From: Tepidisphaerales bacterium
Lineage (GTDB): Bacteria; Planctomycetota; Phycisphaerae; Tepidisphaerales; Tepidisphaeraceae
DNA length: 64,000 nucleotides
Direction: 5' to 3'
NCBI GenBank assembly: GCA_038329865.1
Contig: JBBQNK010000005.1
Coordinates: forward strand, 1 to 64,000
The notes under the pieces were generated by a model. The model ran no database searches and was not told where the DNA came from. It saw nothing but the letters and a program-made list of their open reading frames with translations. A program made the translations under genes and the position numbers. Shown here one piece after another: positions 39,683-49,686 of the stretch. Position 1 is the stretch's first letter; every line of letters begins with the position of its first letter.

Positions 39683-40990
39683 TCACACTTTAAACAACTG
39701 CCCCAACTGATCCCGCAGCGCCGCATGTGCCACCTCGCCCGGCGCGGATTTGCGTTGCGAAGCCATCGCCGCCGCTGTCCCGGCGGCCTGGCCGAGCGCT
39801 ACTGCAACGCCGGTCACGCGGTAGCTTGAGTGCGCCAAAAAATCCCCGCTGATGCACCGGCCGGCCATCATCAGGTTGTCGAAATCCTTGGACAGCAGCG
39901 CCCGCAGCGGGATGTCGTACGGCTGGCTCTTGAACGGCTCGGTCTCGAAACCCTTCCCTTCCTTCGGGTTGGTCGAATGCACGTCGATCCAGTACGTCAC
40001 GCGGCACACGGCGTCGTCGTGACGTGCACCGACGCGAATATCCTCGTCCGAAACCTTGTACCGCCCGTGGATTCGCCGGCCCTCGCGCGTGCCGACCTGC
40101 TCGGGGGTGGCGACGAGGAGCAGATCCTTCCACACGCCGCCCTTCTTCCGCAGCGTGTCGACCACGCGGTTTACTTCCGCCCGGCCCTGCAGCGTGGCGC
40201 GCGTTACGTCGCGCTCGTTGATCGGCGAGACGTTGTATTCGTGATTGATCATCAGCGCCAGCAACTGGCCGCGCAGGTGGAAGAGTGTGGAGGCGTGGTA
40301 CGACGGCTCGACCCCGGCGTCGCACATTTCGGTGTAAAAGCGCTTCGTCGGGCCGGTGAAGCTTTCGTGGATGAATCCGTTGGTGAAGACGATGAACGGC
40401 CGCAGCGCGTCCACGTCGGCCGCGGTGATGAGCGCCATGTACGTGAACGGCTGGAGCGCCCCGCTGCCGGGTTTACCGAGATCGAACGAGCAACCAGCGC
40501 GGGCGGCAAGGTCGCCGTCGCCGGAGGCGTCGATGAACTGATCCGCCGACCATGCCTCTCGGCCGGACTTGCTCTCGGTCACCACCGCTTTGATTTTTTT
40601 GCCATCATTGATCGTCGCGACGACGCGGCTGTGGAGATGAATCTGCACGCCGGCGGCGGTGAGCATCTCTTCCAAAAGGATCTTCATCGCTTCGACGTCG
40701 TAGGCGTATTTATCGGTGATGTGCGTGCAGATATTGTGCCGGGCGCCACGGCGGTCGAGTTCATTCGTGATTTCCCGCGTGATGCCCGGCTGATCCATCT
40801 CGAACAGCCACGCCAGCAGCCCGGCCGTCCATACCCCGCCGACGCAGCCGTTGGTTTCGATCAGCCGGACTTTCGCGCCGGCGCGCGCCGCGGCGATGGC
40901 GGCGCCGATGCCCGCCGGCCCGCCGCCGGCGATGAGGACGTCGGAATGGCCTTGGACAGGAATCGATCGCGCAGGCTCTTGGATTTGCAT
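39683..40990 (-). CDS. FAD-dependent oxidoreductase (FAD_oxidored family)
   Basis: DVLIAGGGPAGIGAAIAAARAGAKVRLIE dinucleotide-binding motif. The start is taken at an internal ATG (MQIQEPARS); the 5' extension is probably artefactual. Confidence 0.65.
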   Translation of the reverse strand: MQIQEPARSIPVQGHSDVLIAGGGPAGIGAAIAAARAGAKVRLIETNGCVGGVWTAGLLAWLFEMDQPGITREITNELDRRGARHNICTHITDKYAYDVEAMKILLEEMLTAAGVQIHLHSRVVATINDGKKIKAVVTESKSGREAWSADQFIDASGDGDLAARAGCSFDLGKPGSGALQPFTYMALITAADVDALRPFIVFTNGFIHESFTGPTKRFYTEMCDAGVEPSYHASTLFHLRGQLLALMINHEYNVSPINERDVTRATLQGRAEVNRVVDTLRKKGGVWKDLLLVATPEQVGTREGRRIHGRYKVSDEDIRVGARHDDAVCRVTYWIDVHSTNPKEGKGFETEPFKSQPYDIPLRALLSKDFDNLMMAGRCISGDFLAHSSYRVTGVAVALGQAAGTAAAMASQRKSAPGEVAHAALRDQLGQLFKV

Positions 40991-41140
40991 GATCGGAATA
41001 TCGTAACGGATCGGGGAATGAATTCGAGCGAGAGAATCATTTGAGTTTTGCGGCTTTCGTGGCACGGGCGGCCCGCCCGTGTTTTGCATCAGCTGAAAAC
41101 CATGGGCGAGCCGCCCATGCCACTTCAAACTGACCACGAC

Positions 41141-41635
41141 CTACGCCGGCGTGCCGTTGATTCTCGCGAGGATTCCGTCGATCAGCTTGCCGTTTTTCAC
41201 GATCGCCGCGTATTCGGGCATGGCCACGAGCGCGTTGATGACGATCGCCGCGATCGCCGCGCCGAAATGCCACCGTGCCGAAATCGCGTAGTTGTCCGCC
41301 GCCGCGCCGAGGACGGCCGTGACGAAGACCGACGCCATCGCCAGCAGCGCCGCCGGGAATGCCTGCAACTTGAATGACCGCGTCGGCTCGATCAGCTCGG
41401 CCGGCAGGGATTTCACGCTCACGGCGTGTTGAATCCACTTGGCCGTCGCGATGAAGTACGTGAAGACGATGCAGTGAACGGCGATGCACGCCATTGTCGT
41501 CATCACGCCGAGCATCATGTGCAGGCTGCTCGCGTGCCCCTTGCCGGCCAGCGCGTAGCCCATGCACGTGGTGGTGATGAGGCAGAGAAGATTGAAGGCG
41601 GTCAGGCCGAGGAAAAGCGGGATCATGAATTTCAA
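41141..41635 (-). CDS. hypothetical integral membrane protein (about 5 TM helices)
   Basis: A 164-aa hydrophobic ORF with consistent codon usage and no recognised motif. Confidence 0.4.
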   Translation of the reverse strand: MKFMIPLFLGLTAFNLLCLITTTCMGYALAGKGHASSLHMMLGVMTTMACIAVHCIVFTYFIATAKWIQHAVSVKSLPAELIEPTRSFKLQAFPAALLAMASVFVTAVLGAAADNYAISARWHFGAAIAAIVINALVAMPEYAAIVKNGKLIDGILARINGTPA

Positions 41636-41653
41636 TCGTCAACGGCGGCGGCG

Positions 41654-44034
41654 TCAGTTGCTGAAGAACGATTTCGCTGGCTTGGTAGCCGGCGTAGTGG
41701 CCGGGTCTGGTGTTGGGGGAGGCGCGGGAGTCGGCGCCGGGGCCGCGGGCTTGGGCTCCTCTACGGTGCTGTTGTACGTGAGAATGCGCGTCATCAGGTT
41801 CGTCGCCGTCGCGGGCGAATAGCCGGTGATCCCGGCGACGGACTGACCGACGAGCCCGACGCTCAAATCCTCTCGGCTGTAAATCACCGCGAGCCGGCCG
41901 TTGATCGTAATGCCCTGCAGCCGCGGGACATTCATTTTCCCCACGCCATTTTTAATCGCGAACGACCGATACGTGACCGGATCCACCGGCCCGCCGCCTG
42001 CCAGGTAGAGCGCATGATCGGGCGGCAGAATTTCCGGTTTATCTTTCGGAAAGGCTTTGGTCAGCATCTCTTCAACGGATGTGACGAAGCTGCTGTTACC
42101 GCCGGCGCAATCGATGATCAGCGTGCCGCCGGCCGTGATGAACTTTTTCAGTTCGTCGCACTGGGCGTCGGTGAATTTGTATTCGTACGTGCCGGTGAGG
42201 TGCGCGATTTTGGCCGTGCCGAGCTCGTTCTTCCCGAGTTCGGCGACGGTGACGGGGACGGTGGTTGCCTTCCGCTGGACGAGCGTATTGCTCAATCGCC
42301 GCCAGCCGCCGGGCTCGGGGTCCCACGCACCGGGGTACTTCAATCGCACGACGGGAATGGATTTGGTCACGTTGATGCTGGGGTCTTCCGGCACGTAAAA
42401 TCGGTCACCGCGGTTGCGGAGGTTCTGCTGATCCACGGAGTAGAGAAACAAATCCGCCGCCAGCTCGAAGAGTTCAACCTTCGATTTAGAGTCCTGCAAC
42501 TGCCACGCCTTGCCGGGATCGGCCTGCGGGAAGAGCACGATCAGGTTTCGCGCGCCGTTGTTCAATGTCAGCACGCTGGGCTTGGATTTCCATTTACTGC
42601 GGGGGTAATAGGTGGTGTATATGAGATCGTCCTCGGGCAGCTCGCTGAACTCGGTGTAGGGGAACATTTCCTTGCCGAGCGCCTTAATCGAAGCGGTAAA
42701 CTCCTCGCCGCCGCAGTCGGCGTTGGCGATGAGGATGCCGCCGCCTTCGATGTACGCCTTGATCTTGATCTTTTCTACGTCGGGCAACGCCAGCTTTTCG
42801 TTCCCGGAGATGTACAGAAGCGGCGCTTCAAGCAGATCAGCCAGCGAGGCGTTTTCGTCCAGGACCTGGAACGCCAGATCACGTTCGATGGTTCGGCCGA
42901 CCCATTTGATCATGTTGGGAACGTCGCGGGAGCGCTGGTCCCACTTGCCTTCCTTGCCGTTGATGCCGTTGTAGTGCAGCTTGCTGATGGCGATCGGCGC
43001 ACGCCCCTTGGCGAGAAACAACATCGCAAAACAAGTGTCGGCCAGCTGCGGCACGGCATCGGGCGTGGCGGATGACCAGCTTCCGTCAGCGGCTTGCCGC
43101 TTGATAGCCCAATCGGCGCCTTTTTCGTACCAGTCGATCCCGCCGAAATACCGGTACCCGCTGGCGGCGCCAACGCGCTCGTACGCGTAGAGCGTGGGAT
43201 AAACAAAATCGCGAGCGTACGGCTGATCGGTGGCGAATTTGCCCATGTTGTCGCCGAGCCACTTGATGCCTCGATCGATCGCGTCGTTGCTGTCATTCCC
43301 GCGGCAGGTGATGCCTTCGGGCGCGTGCAGATATTCCTGCGTAATGAACAGGCTCGCCACGCCAACGGTGGTCATGCCCGGCGTGGGCTGCCACTTGGTG
43401 TCGGCGGGATTGGCGTAAGTCCACCCGCCGCTCAGGTCCTGGTTGCGGCGCCAGGCTTCTTCGACCATTTTCCAGTAAGAGTCGGGCACATCGCCGCCGG
43501 CCTGATCCGCCGCCCACATGCCCAGCACGGCGTATTGCGATCGGCTGTGGCTGTATGATTTTCCGGTGGGATTGGGCGTGTAATCGTACATGCCTCGGCC
43601 GGGGCCGGTGGTTTTGATCGACCCGAAAAGGAAGCCTGCGTCGCGCTTGAGCGCTTCGCGGATTGCAGGCGTTTGCGGCAGCATCGCCCACATCTGGCAG
43701 CGGATGCCCAGGGCGTATACGCCCTTGGTGGGAGTTTTGAGGAGAAAGTCGACGGCATCCTTGATCCGCGGATCCTGCGGGCTCTCGCCGGTGTTCAGGA
43801 GCGCCAAAACCGCCAGCGCCGTTGGGCCGGTGAATTGGCCGCCCTTGGCGTCGCGATTTTTGCCCTTCGGATCAGGCGCGGGGAGTTCTTCCCAGTTGCC
43901 GTTCTGCTGGTGCTGATAGAGCCACGTCGTCGCCATGCCGATCGACTTGTTGACGGCTTCGGGCGTTGCCCCACGCGCGCAGACCGCAATGAGACACAAA
44001 GTAATCAGGACAGAAATGTAGGGCTTAAGCACGG
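41654..44034 (-). CDS. large secreted protein: prenyltransferase/squalene-oxidase-like alpha-alpha toroid repeats plus a DUF4159-like C-terminal domain
   Basis: A GTG at 44034 with GGAGAGG 7 nt upstream gives a signal peptide (LKPYISVLITLCLIAVCARG). There are repeated QW-like aromatic/Gly motifs, and the C-terminal region (GGTLIIDCAGGNSSF ... NGRLAVIYSREDLSVG) resembles DUF4159 / class-I-GATase-like domains that are common in Planctomycetota and Verrucomicrobia. The ORF's 5' 50 codons overlap rpsA and are not counted. Confidence 0.5.
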
Positions 44035-44057
44035 ATCGCCTCTCCCGTGAATGGCCA

Positions 44058-45518
44058 TCAGAAATCCAAACCGCCGCGCAGTTCCGGACGTTTCTTCTTT
44101 TTAACCGGAGCCGCCTCCGCAGCCGGTGCCGAAGGCGCCGCCGCGACAGCCTGCCGCATGGACAGGCCGATGCGTCGCGCTTCCACATCAACGCTCAGCA
44201 CCCGAACGCGAACGTCCTGCCCGGGTTTGACGACATCGCCCGGCGAGCGGACGCGCTGATTCGAAAGCTCGCTGACGTGAATCAACCCTTCAAGCCCCGG
44301 CTCGAGCTCGACGAACGCCCCGAAATCGGCGGCACGAGTTACTTTCGCGTCTACCATTTCGCCGACATGATACCGATCCAGCGCCGTCGTCCAGGGGTTC
44401 GGGCCGGCCTGCTTCAGGCTGAAGCTGATCTTTCGCTGCAGCTCGTCTACTTTTAATACCACCAGTTTCACCGTATCGCCAACTTTTACGACATCGCTCG
44501 GGTGATTGATCCGCTGAAAACTCATTTCGCTGATCGGCAAAAGGCCTTCAACGCCTTCTTCGACTTCGATGAACGCGCCGAACGGCTCGATGTTGCTCAC
44601 GCGCCCGGTGATCGTGGTGCCGGCGGAATATTTTGTGGCGGCGTCGGCCCAAGGATCAATCCCTCGCGCCTGCTTCAGGCTGAGCGACATCTTGCCGGTC
44701 TCATTATCGAGCTTCATGATTTTTACGTCGACGATGTCGCCGACTTTCACCAGGTCGCTGGCCTTGTTGCCGCGGCGGAAGCTCATTTCGCTTACGTGAA
44801 GCAGTCCATCCAAACCGCCGAGATCGACGAACGCGCCGTAGTCCATCACGCTGCGGATCGTGCCGCGGCGGATCTGGCCTTCGGAAATCTCCAGCAGCAT
44901 TTTCTTTTTCTGCTCTTCCTTTTCGCGCTCGAGGATATTCCGGCGGCTGACGATCAGGTTCTTCGCGTCGCGCTCGAACTGCGTCACCTCGACCTGGAAC
45001 TTCTGGCCGATGAGCGTGGAGAGATCTTTCTGGAAATAAATATCCACCTGCCCGGCGGGCATGAACGCGCGCATGTTCTTGATTTCCATCTCCAACCCGC
45101 CCTTGTTCACGCCGGTGACGGTGCCTTCAACGATCTGGCCGATCTCCATGTTTTCCCACGAAACATTGCTCGCGAGCGAGCCTTTCTTCGTAAGGATGAG
45201 CAACCCTTCGCTGGCGTCGTAGCGCTCGACATTGAACTCGATTTCATCGCCCACGTTCGGCGGCTCTTCGCCAAACTGCAGCAGTGATGCGATGCCCTGG
45301 CTCTTGCCGCCGAAATCGACGAAGACGTCGTCTTTCCCGACCGAAACGATCCGGCCCTTGCGCATGCCTGTCGTTGATGCGGCGCTCACCTGCGGCTTAT
45401 CGAAGCCGTAGAGCGCGTCCATCGAAACGTCCGCCAGCGCCGCATCCACCTGCTGATCGAGCGCTGATTCGTCCGGGCGGAATTTTTTCTTGTATTCTTC
45501 GTCGAGCTTCTTGGCCAT
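44058..45518 (-). CDS. rpsA: 30S ribosomal protein S1
   Basis: Five or six tandem S1 domains (repeated GxVxG...VKVL/VDVKI motifs) and a length of 486 aa. Confidence 0.9.
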   Translation of the reverse strand: MAKKLDEEYKKKFRPDESALDQQVDAALADVSMDALYGFDKPQVSAASTTGMRKGRIVSVGKDDVFVDFGGKSQGIASLLQFGEEPPNVGDEIEFNVERYDASEGLLILTKKGSLASNVSWENMEIGQIVEGTVTGVNKGGLEMEIKNMRAFMPAGQVDIYFQKDLSTLIGQKFQVEVTQFERDAKNLIVSRRNILEREKEEQKKKMLLEISEGQIRRGTIRSVMDYGAFVDLGGLDGLLHVSEMSFRRGNKASDLVKVGDIVDVKIMKLDNETGKMSLSLKQARGIDPWADAATKYSAGTTITGRVSNIEPFGAFIEVEEGVEGLLPISEMSFQRINHPSDVVKVGDTVKLVVLKVDELQRKISFSLKQAGPNPWTTALDRYHVGEMVDAKVTRAADFGAFVELEPGLEGLIHVSELSNQRVRSPGDVVKPGQDVRVRVLSVDVEARRIGLSMRQAVAAAPSAPAAEAAPVKKKKRPELRGGLDF

Positions 45519-45620
45519 TCACGTCTCCTAAATATCTCTGAGCGGCCATGATACCGGCACCGCGTTATTTGCAACACCGAAGGCTATAGTTGTAACAATC
45601 TTTAGTATGTGAGGCCGTTG

Positions 45621-46925
45621 ATGGAAAACAAAACTCCGCTGGTGGCGGTGATCGGGGCCGGCTTTGCCGGGCTTAAAGTCGTCAAAGGGCTGCGGAAAGT
45701 GCCTTGCCGCATCATGCTCGTCGATCGGCACAACTACCACCTGTTTCAGCCGTTGCTCTACCAGGTGGCGACGGCCGCCCTCTCGCCGGCGGATATCGCC
45801 TACCCGATCCGGCGGATTTTTCGCTCGCAAAAGAACGTGGCCGTCGCGCTGGGCGAGGTGGAGTTCGTCGACCTTGCCAAAAGCACCTTCGGCGGCGCGC
45901 AGGCGAGCATTCCGTTCGATTATCTCGTCATCGCCGCTGGCGCCACGCATTCTTACTTCGGCCACGACGACTGGATGCCGCTCGCACCCGGGCTCAAGTC
46001 GATCGACGACGCGACGAACATCCGCCGCAAGATGCTGCTGGCGTTTGAAGAAGCCGAGTACGAGGCCGATCCCGTCGCGATGAAGTCTAAGCTCACGTTC
46101 GTGATCATCGGCGGCGGGCCGACGGGCGTGGAGATGGCGGGCGCGATCCGCGACATCGCCGTCAATGACATGCCGCGCGATTTCCGTTCGATCGACACGG
46201 CGATGGCGTGCGTAATCCTCGTGCAAAGCGGCGACCGCCTGCTGCCGGGCTTTCCGCCGGAGCTTTCCGAGCGCGCCAAGAGCGACCTTGAATCCGTCGG
46301 CGTGCAGGTGCGGCTCAACTCGCGCGTGACCAACGTAGACGCCGACGGCGTGTGGATGGGCGACGAGCAGATCCGCGCCAGCACCGTTCTCTGGGCCGCC
46401 GGCGTGCAGGCGCCGCCGCTGCTCAAGACGCTCAACGTGCCGACCGACAAATCCGGCCGGGTGATCGTGAACGCCGACCTTTCCGTGCCCGACCATCGCA
46501 ATGTTTTCGTCATCGGCGATGCCGCATTGGTGAAAAACCCGAAATCCGGCGAGCCCGTGCCCGGCGTAGCGCCGGCGGCGATGCAGATGGGCGAGTTCGT
46601 CGCGAAACTCCTCAAGGCAGAAATCGCCGCGACCACGCCCCCGCCGCGGCCGACGTTTGAATATTTCGACAAAGGCACGATGGCCACCATCGGCAAACGC
46701 CGCGCCGTGGCGGATATCAGGGGTTTCAAGTTCGGCGGGATTTTCGCCTGGCTTCTCTGGTGCTTCGTTCACCTCTCCTTCCTCGTCAGTTTCCGCAACC
46801 GAATGTGGGTGATGCTCAGCTGGATCTACGAATACTTCACGCACGGCCGCGAGGCGCGGCTGATTACGGGCGATATCAAAGTCAAAATTAAGAAAGTTCG
46901 CACCGACAACATGCCCATGCCCTGA
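45621..46925 (+). CDS. ndh: type II NADH:quinone oxidoreductase (NDH-2)
   Basis: Two dinucleotide-binding motifs (VAVIGAGFAGL and FVIIGGGPTGVEMAG) and a C-terminal membrane-anchor helix. Confidence 0.8.
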   Translation: MENKTPLVAVIGAGFAGLKVVKGLRKVPCRIMLVDRHNYHLFQPLLYQVATAALSPADIAYPIRRIFRSQKNVAVALGEVEFVDLAKSTFGGAQASIPFDYLVIAAGATHSYFGHDDWMPLAPGLKSIDDATNIRRKMLLAFEEAEYEADPVAMKSKLTFVIIGGGPTGVEMAGAIRDIAVNDMPRDFRSIDTAMACVILVQSGDRLLPGFPPELSERAKSDLESVGVQVRLNSRVTNVDADGVWMGDEQIRASTVLWAAGVQAPPLLKTLNVPTDKSGRVIVNADLSVPDHRNVFVIGDAALVKNPKSGEPVPGVAPAAMQMGEFVAKLLKAEIAATTPPPRPTFEYFDKGTMATIGKRRAVADIRGFKFGGIFAWLLWCFVHLSFLVSFRNRMWVMLSWIYEYFTHGREARLITGDIKVKIKKVRTDNMPMP

Positions 46926-47029
46926 TGCGATTCTTTGCTCACTCGCCTGGTATTCCGGGATGCGGACAGATCGGGCGCATTTCGACTGGCTCACGTGACT
47001 TTTCCTGCCGCTCCGGCTTCAATCCTTGA

Positions 47030-48544
47030 ATGAGCACTCCGCAACAAGCCTATGAATCGTTGATCAAATCCCTCCGCGAAATTTCCGTCCTCGGATCGAT
47101 CGGATCGGTCCTGCACTGGGACGAGCGCACGCAGCGCCCGCCGGCCGGGGCGGAGCACCGGGCGGAGCAGATTTCGCTCATCGCCACCATGACGCACGCG
47201 AAGTTCACCTCGCCGCAAATCGGCGAGTGGCTGGCGGCCGTTGAAAGTTCGCCGTTGGTGAAGGAACCGACCAGCGACGCGGCCGTCAACGTCCGCCACA
47301 CCCGGCGGGCGTACGATCGCGCGACCAAGCTGCCGCTGTCGCTCGTGGAGGAGATGGCCAAGACCACCTCGCTCTCAGAGAACGCGTGGGAGTCGGCCAA
47401 GAAGAATTCGGACTTCAAATCCTTCGCGCCGTGGCTGGCGAAGGTGCTGGAACTCAAGCGCGCCGAGGCCGACTGCGTGGCGCCGGGGAAAAATCGGTAC
47501 GACACGCTGCTCGACGAGTACGAGCCCGGCGAAACGTCGGCGAACCTGCAGAAAGTCTTCGCCGATTTGCGCGGGCCACTGGTGGAGCTGATCGGCAAGA
47601 TTACCTCGAGCGGACGAGTCGCGCCGACTGAAATCCTCGAGCGCGATTACCCCGCCGACGCCCAGGAACAGCTCGCCCGCGCCGCAAGCGCCGCCGTCGG
47701 CTTCGACTTTAACGCCGGCGTGCTCGCCCGCTCCGTCCACCCCTTCTGCACCATGATCGGCCCCGGCGATACGCGCATGACCACCCGCTACGACGAAAAA
47801 TACTTCGGCGACGCCTTCTTCGGCGTCCTGCACGAGACCGGCCATGCACTTTACGACCAGGGATTGCCCAAGGAGCATTTCGGCCTCCCCCGCGGCGAAT
47901 ACGTTTCACTGGGCATTCACGAAAGCCAGTCGCGCATGTGGGAAAACCTGGTCGGGCGGTCGAAATCGTTCTGGAAGGCATTGCTGCCGAAGGCGCGCGA
48001 GACGTTCCCGAAAGCGCTCGCCGGCGTTTCCGAGCAGGACTGGTACTTTGCCATCAATGATGTGCGCCCGAGCCTGATCCGCACCGAATCCGACGAAGCC
48101 ACCTACAACCTCCACGTGCTGCTCCGCTTCGAGATCGAACAAGCCCTGCTCAGCGGCGAGCTGCCTGTGAACGATCTCCCGACCGAATGGAACGCCCGGA
48201 TGAAAAAATACCTCGGCCTCACCCCGCCCGACGACGCGCGCGGCTGCCTCCAAGACGTCCACTGGTCCGGCGGCGGGATCGGCTATTTCCCGACGTACAC
48301 GCTGGGCAACCTGTACGCCGCGCAGTTCTTCGAGCAGGCCCGCAAGGATTTAGGCGACCTCGACGCCCAATTCGCGAGAGGCGATTTCGCCCCCCTGCTC
48401 GGCTGGCTAAGGAAGAATATCCACGCGCACGGCAAGACTTATTCCGCCGGCGAACTCGCGCAACGCATCACGGGTCGGGCGTTGACGTCGAAGCCGTTGA
48501 TCGATCATCTCAAGCGAAAGGCGAGCGAGCTTTATGGGGTATGA
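47030..48544 (+). CDS. M32 family carboxypeptidase (carboxypeptidase Taq-like)
   Basis: HETGHALYDQG (HExxH), HPF and IRTESDEATY motifs, plus GIHESQSRMWEN. Confidence 0.85.
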   Translation: MSTPQQAYESLIKSLREISVLGSIGSVLHWDERTQRPPAGAEHRAEQISLIATMTHAKFTSPQIGEWLAAVESSPLVKEPTSDAAVNVRHTRRAYDRATKLPLSLVEEMAKTTSLSENAWESAKKNSDFKSFAPWLAKVLELKRAEADCVAPGKNRYDTLLDEYEPGETSANLQKVFADLRGPLVELIGKITSSGRVAPTEILERDYPADAQEQLARAASAAVGFDFNAGVLARSVHPFCTMIGPGDTRMTTRYDEKYFGDAFFGVLHETGHALYDQGLPKEHFGLPRGEYVSLGIHESQSRMWENLVGRSKSFWKALLPKARETFPKALAGVSEQDWYFAINDVRPSLIRTESDEATYNLHVLLRFEIEQALLSGELPVNDLPTEWNARMKKYLGLTPPDDARGCLQDVHWSGGGIGYFPTYTLGNLYAAQFFEQARKDLGDLDAQFARGDFAPLLGWLRKNIHAHGKTYSAGELAQRITGRALTSKPLIDHLKRKASELYGV

Positions 48545-49221
48545 TCATCGTCGAATGCGATGGATTCCCTCAGCAATTCTGGTGCTACTATTCGCGGTCG
48601 CGTGTCGCGCCGGCAGAGGTTCGGATCGGGTATTCGCGGATTCGCATTGAGGCGGATCAATCGATCGTCATCACCACGCCGACGATGATCATCCGCGACG
48701 GAGAAGACGGGAAGCCGGTTCTGCTTACGGCCGATCGCATCACGCTGCGGCCCGAGGGGAAGTTGGATCTGAACAAGCCGCTGACGCTTGCGGCGATTGA
48801 ATTCGAACGGCCGATTCTGAACCTGATGATGCTGCCACGCGCAGGGGCGATGCCATCGACTCGCCCGGCATCGCGGCCTTCGATCGACCCGGTGCGGGAA
48901 GTCATGAAGTCACTCACCTTATTGAAGATCCATGACGGCATAACTCTTTTTCCCATCGGTGAAATGTCGGATGGTGCGAATATCGTGCGCGGAAGTGCGT
49001 CGGCCCAGCGAGATGAACACGGGGAGTGGAAGGCCCACATCGATTCCAGTGGCATCGGCGGACCGTTTGCAGGGATATTTCTTCCGGCTTCAACGAAGGT
49101 CGATCTGCGATTCAAGATCGATTACGACAACGAAAAACTCTCGGTGCAGTTGGACATCAACGCGATGATGAAAGGTGAATTGCTTAAGAAACGTGTGACG
49201 ACAAGGCCGAATTCTCGTTAG
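48541..49221 (+). CDS. hypothetical protein (translationally coupled to the M32 peptidase via an ATGA overlap)
   Basis: The ATG at 48541 overlaps the upstream stop. The product is a 226-aa protein with no recognised motif. The larger ORF at 48187-49221 has an artefactual 5' end. Confidence 0.45.
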   Translation: MIIVECDGFPQQFWCYYSRSRVAPAEVRIGYSRIRIEADQSIVITTPTMIIRDGEDGKPVLLTADRITLRPEGKLDLNKPLTLAAIEFERPILNLMMLPRAGAMPSTRPASRPSIDPVREVMKSLTLLKIHDGITLFPIGEMSDGANIVRGSASAQRDEHGEWKAHIDSSGIGGPFAGIFLPASTKVDLRFKIDYDNEKLSVQLDINAMMKGELLKKRVTTRPNSR

Positions 49222-49679
49222 CGCTTTACCGCATCCGCCGCGGCTTTTTCAAGCACGACGATATCCGCTTTATGGTCTGCGATGTGGCTCTTCAGAACGG
49301 CCAGCACGGCCGGGTCCACGCCCGGCAGCGAGGTGATCACGTTTTCGTACCGCTCGATCATCAGCTTCTTATCGCTCATCAATTTCGGCAATAAAAACTT
49401 GATCGACAGGTAGGCCAGGTATTGTTCTTCCGGCTGGACGGAGCGGAGGGAAGGAACTCCATTGAGCGACTCGATCAGGGCGGCGATTTCTTCGGCGTGG
49501 CGTTCGCTGGTGGCGACCATGCCCAGCAGCGGTACGCGCATTTCAACAGTCGCGCGGTTGAGGTACGGGGAGCCTTCGCCCATGAAGCGGAAGAGGCTGT
49601 TGAGTTCCGCCTCGACGAGGCTGTTGAGAGCGTCGACGATCTGCAGCGGGCCGGTGGACATGATCGGTGCGTTTGCCAT
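49218..49679 (-). CDS. hypothetical protein, last gene of the nuo-containing transcription unit
   Basis: A 153-aa helical protein starting 8 bp after the nuoN stop, with no recognised motif. Confidence 0.4.
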   Translation of the reverse strand: MANAPIMSTGPLQIVDALNSLVEAELNSLFRFMGEGSPYLNRATVEMRVPLLGMVATSERHAEEIAALIESLNGVPSLRSVQPEEQYLAYLSIKFLLPKLMSDKKLMIERYENVITSLPGVDPAVLAVLKSHIADHKADIVVLEKAAADAVKR

Positions 49680-49686
49680 TTAATCC

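Noticed and set aside
44035-44191. N-terminal 52 codons of ORF 41654-44191 (MMWKRDASACPCGRLSRRRLRHRLRRRL...)
   Set aside because: It overlaps the rpsA 3' end and has an Arg-rich non-protein-like composition. The signal peptide begins right after the GTG at 44034.
48187-48540. 5' extension of ORF 48187-49221
   Set aside because: It overlaps the M32 carboxypeptidase in another frame and is Arg/Pro-rich. The ATG at 48541, overlapping the upstream stop, is the plausible start.
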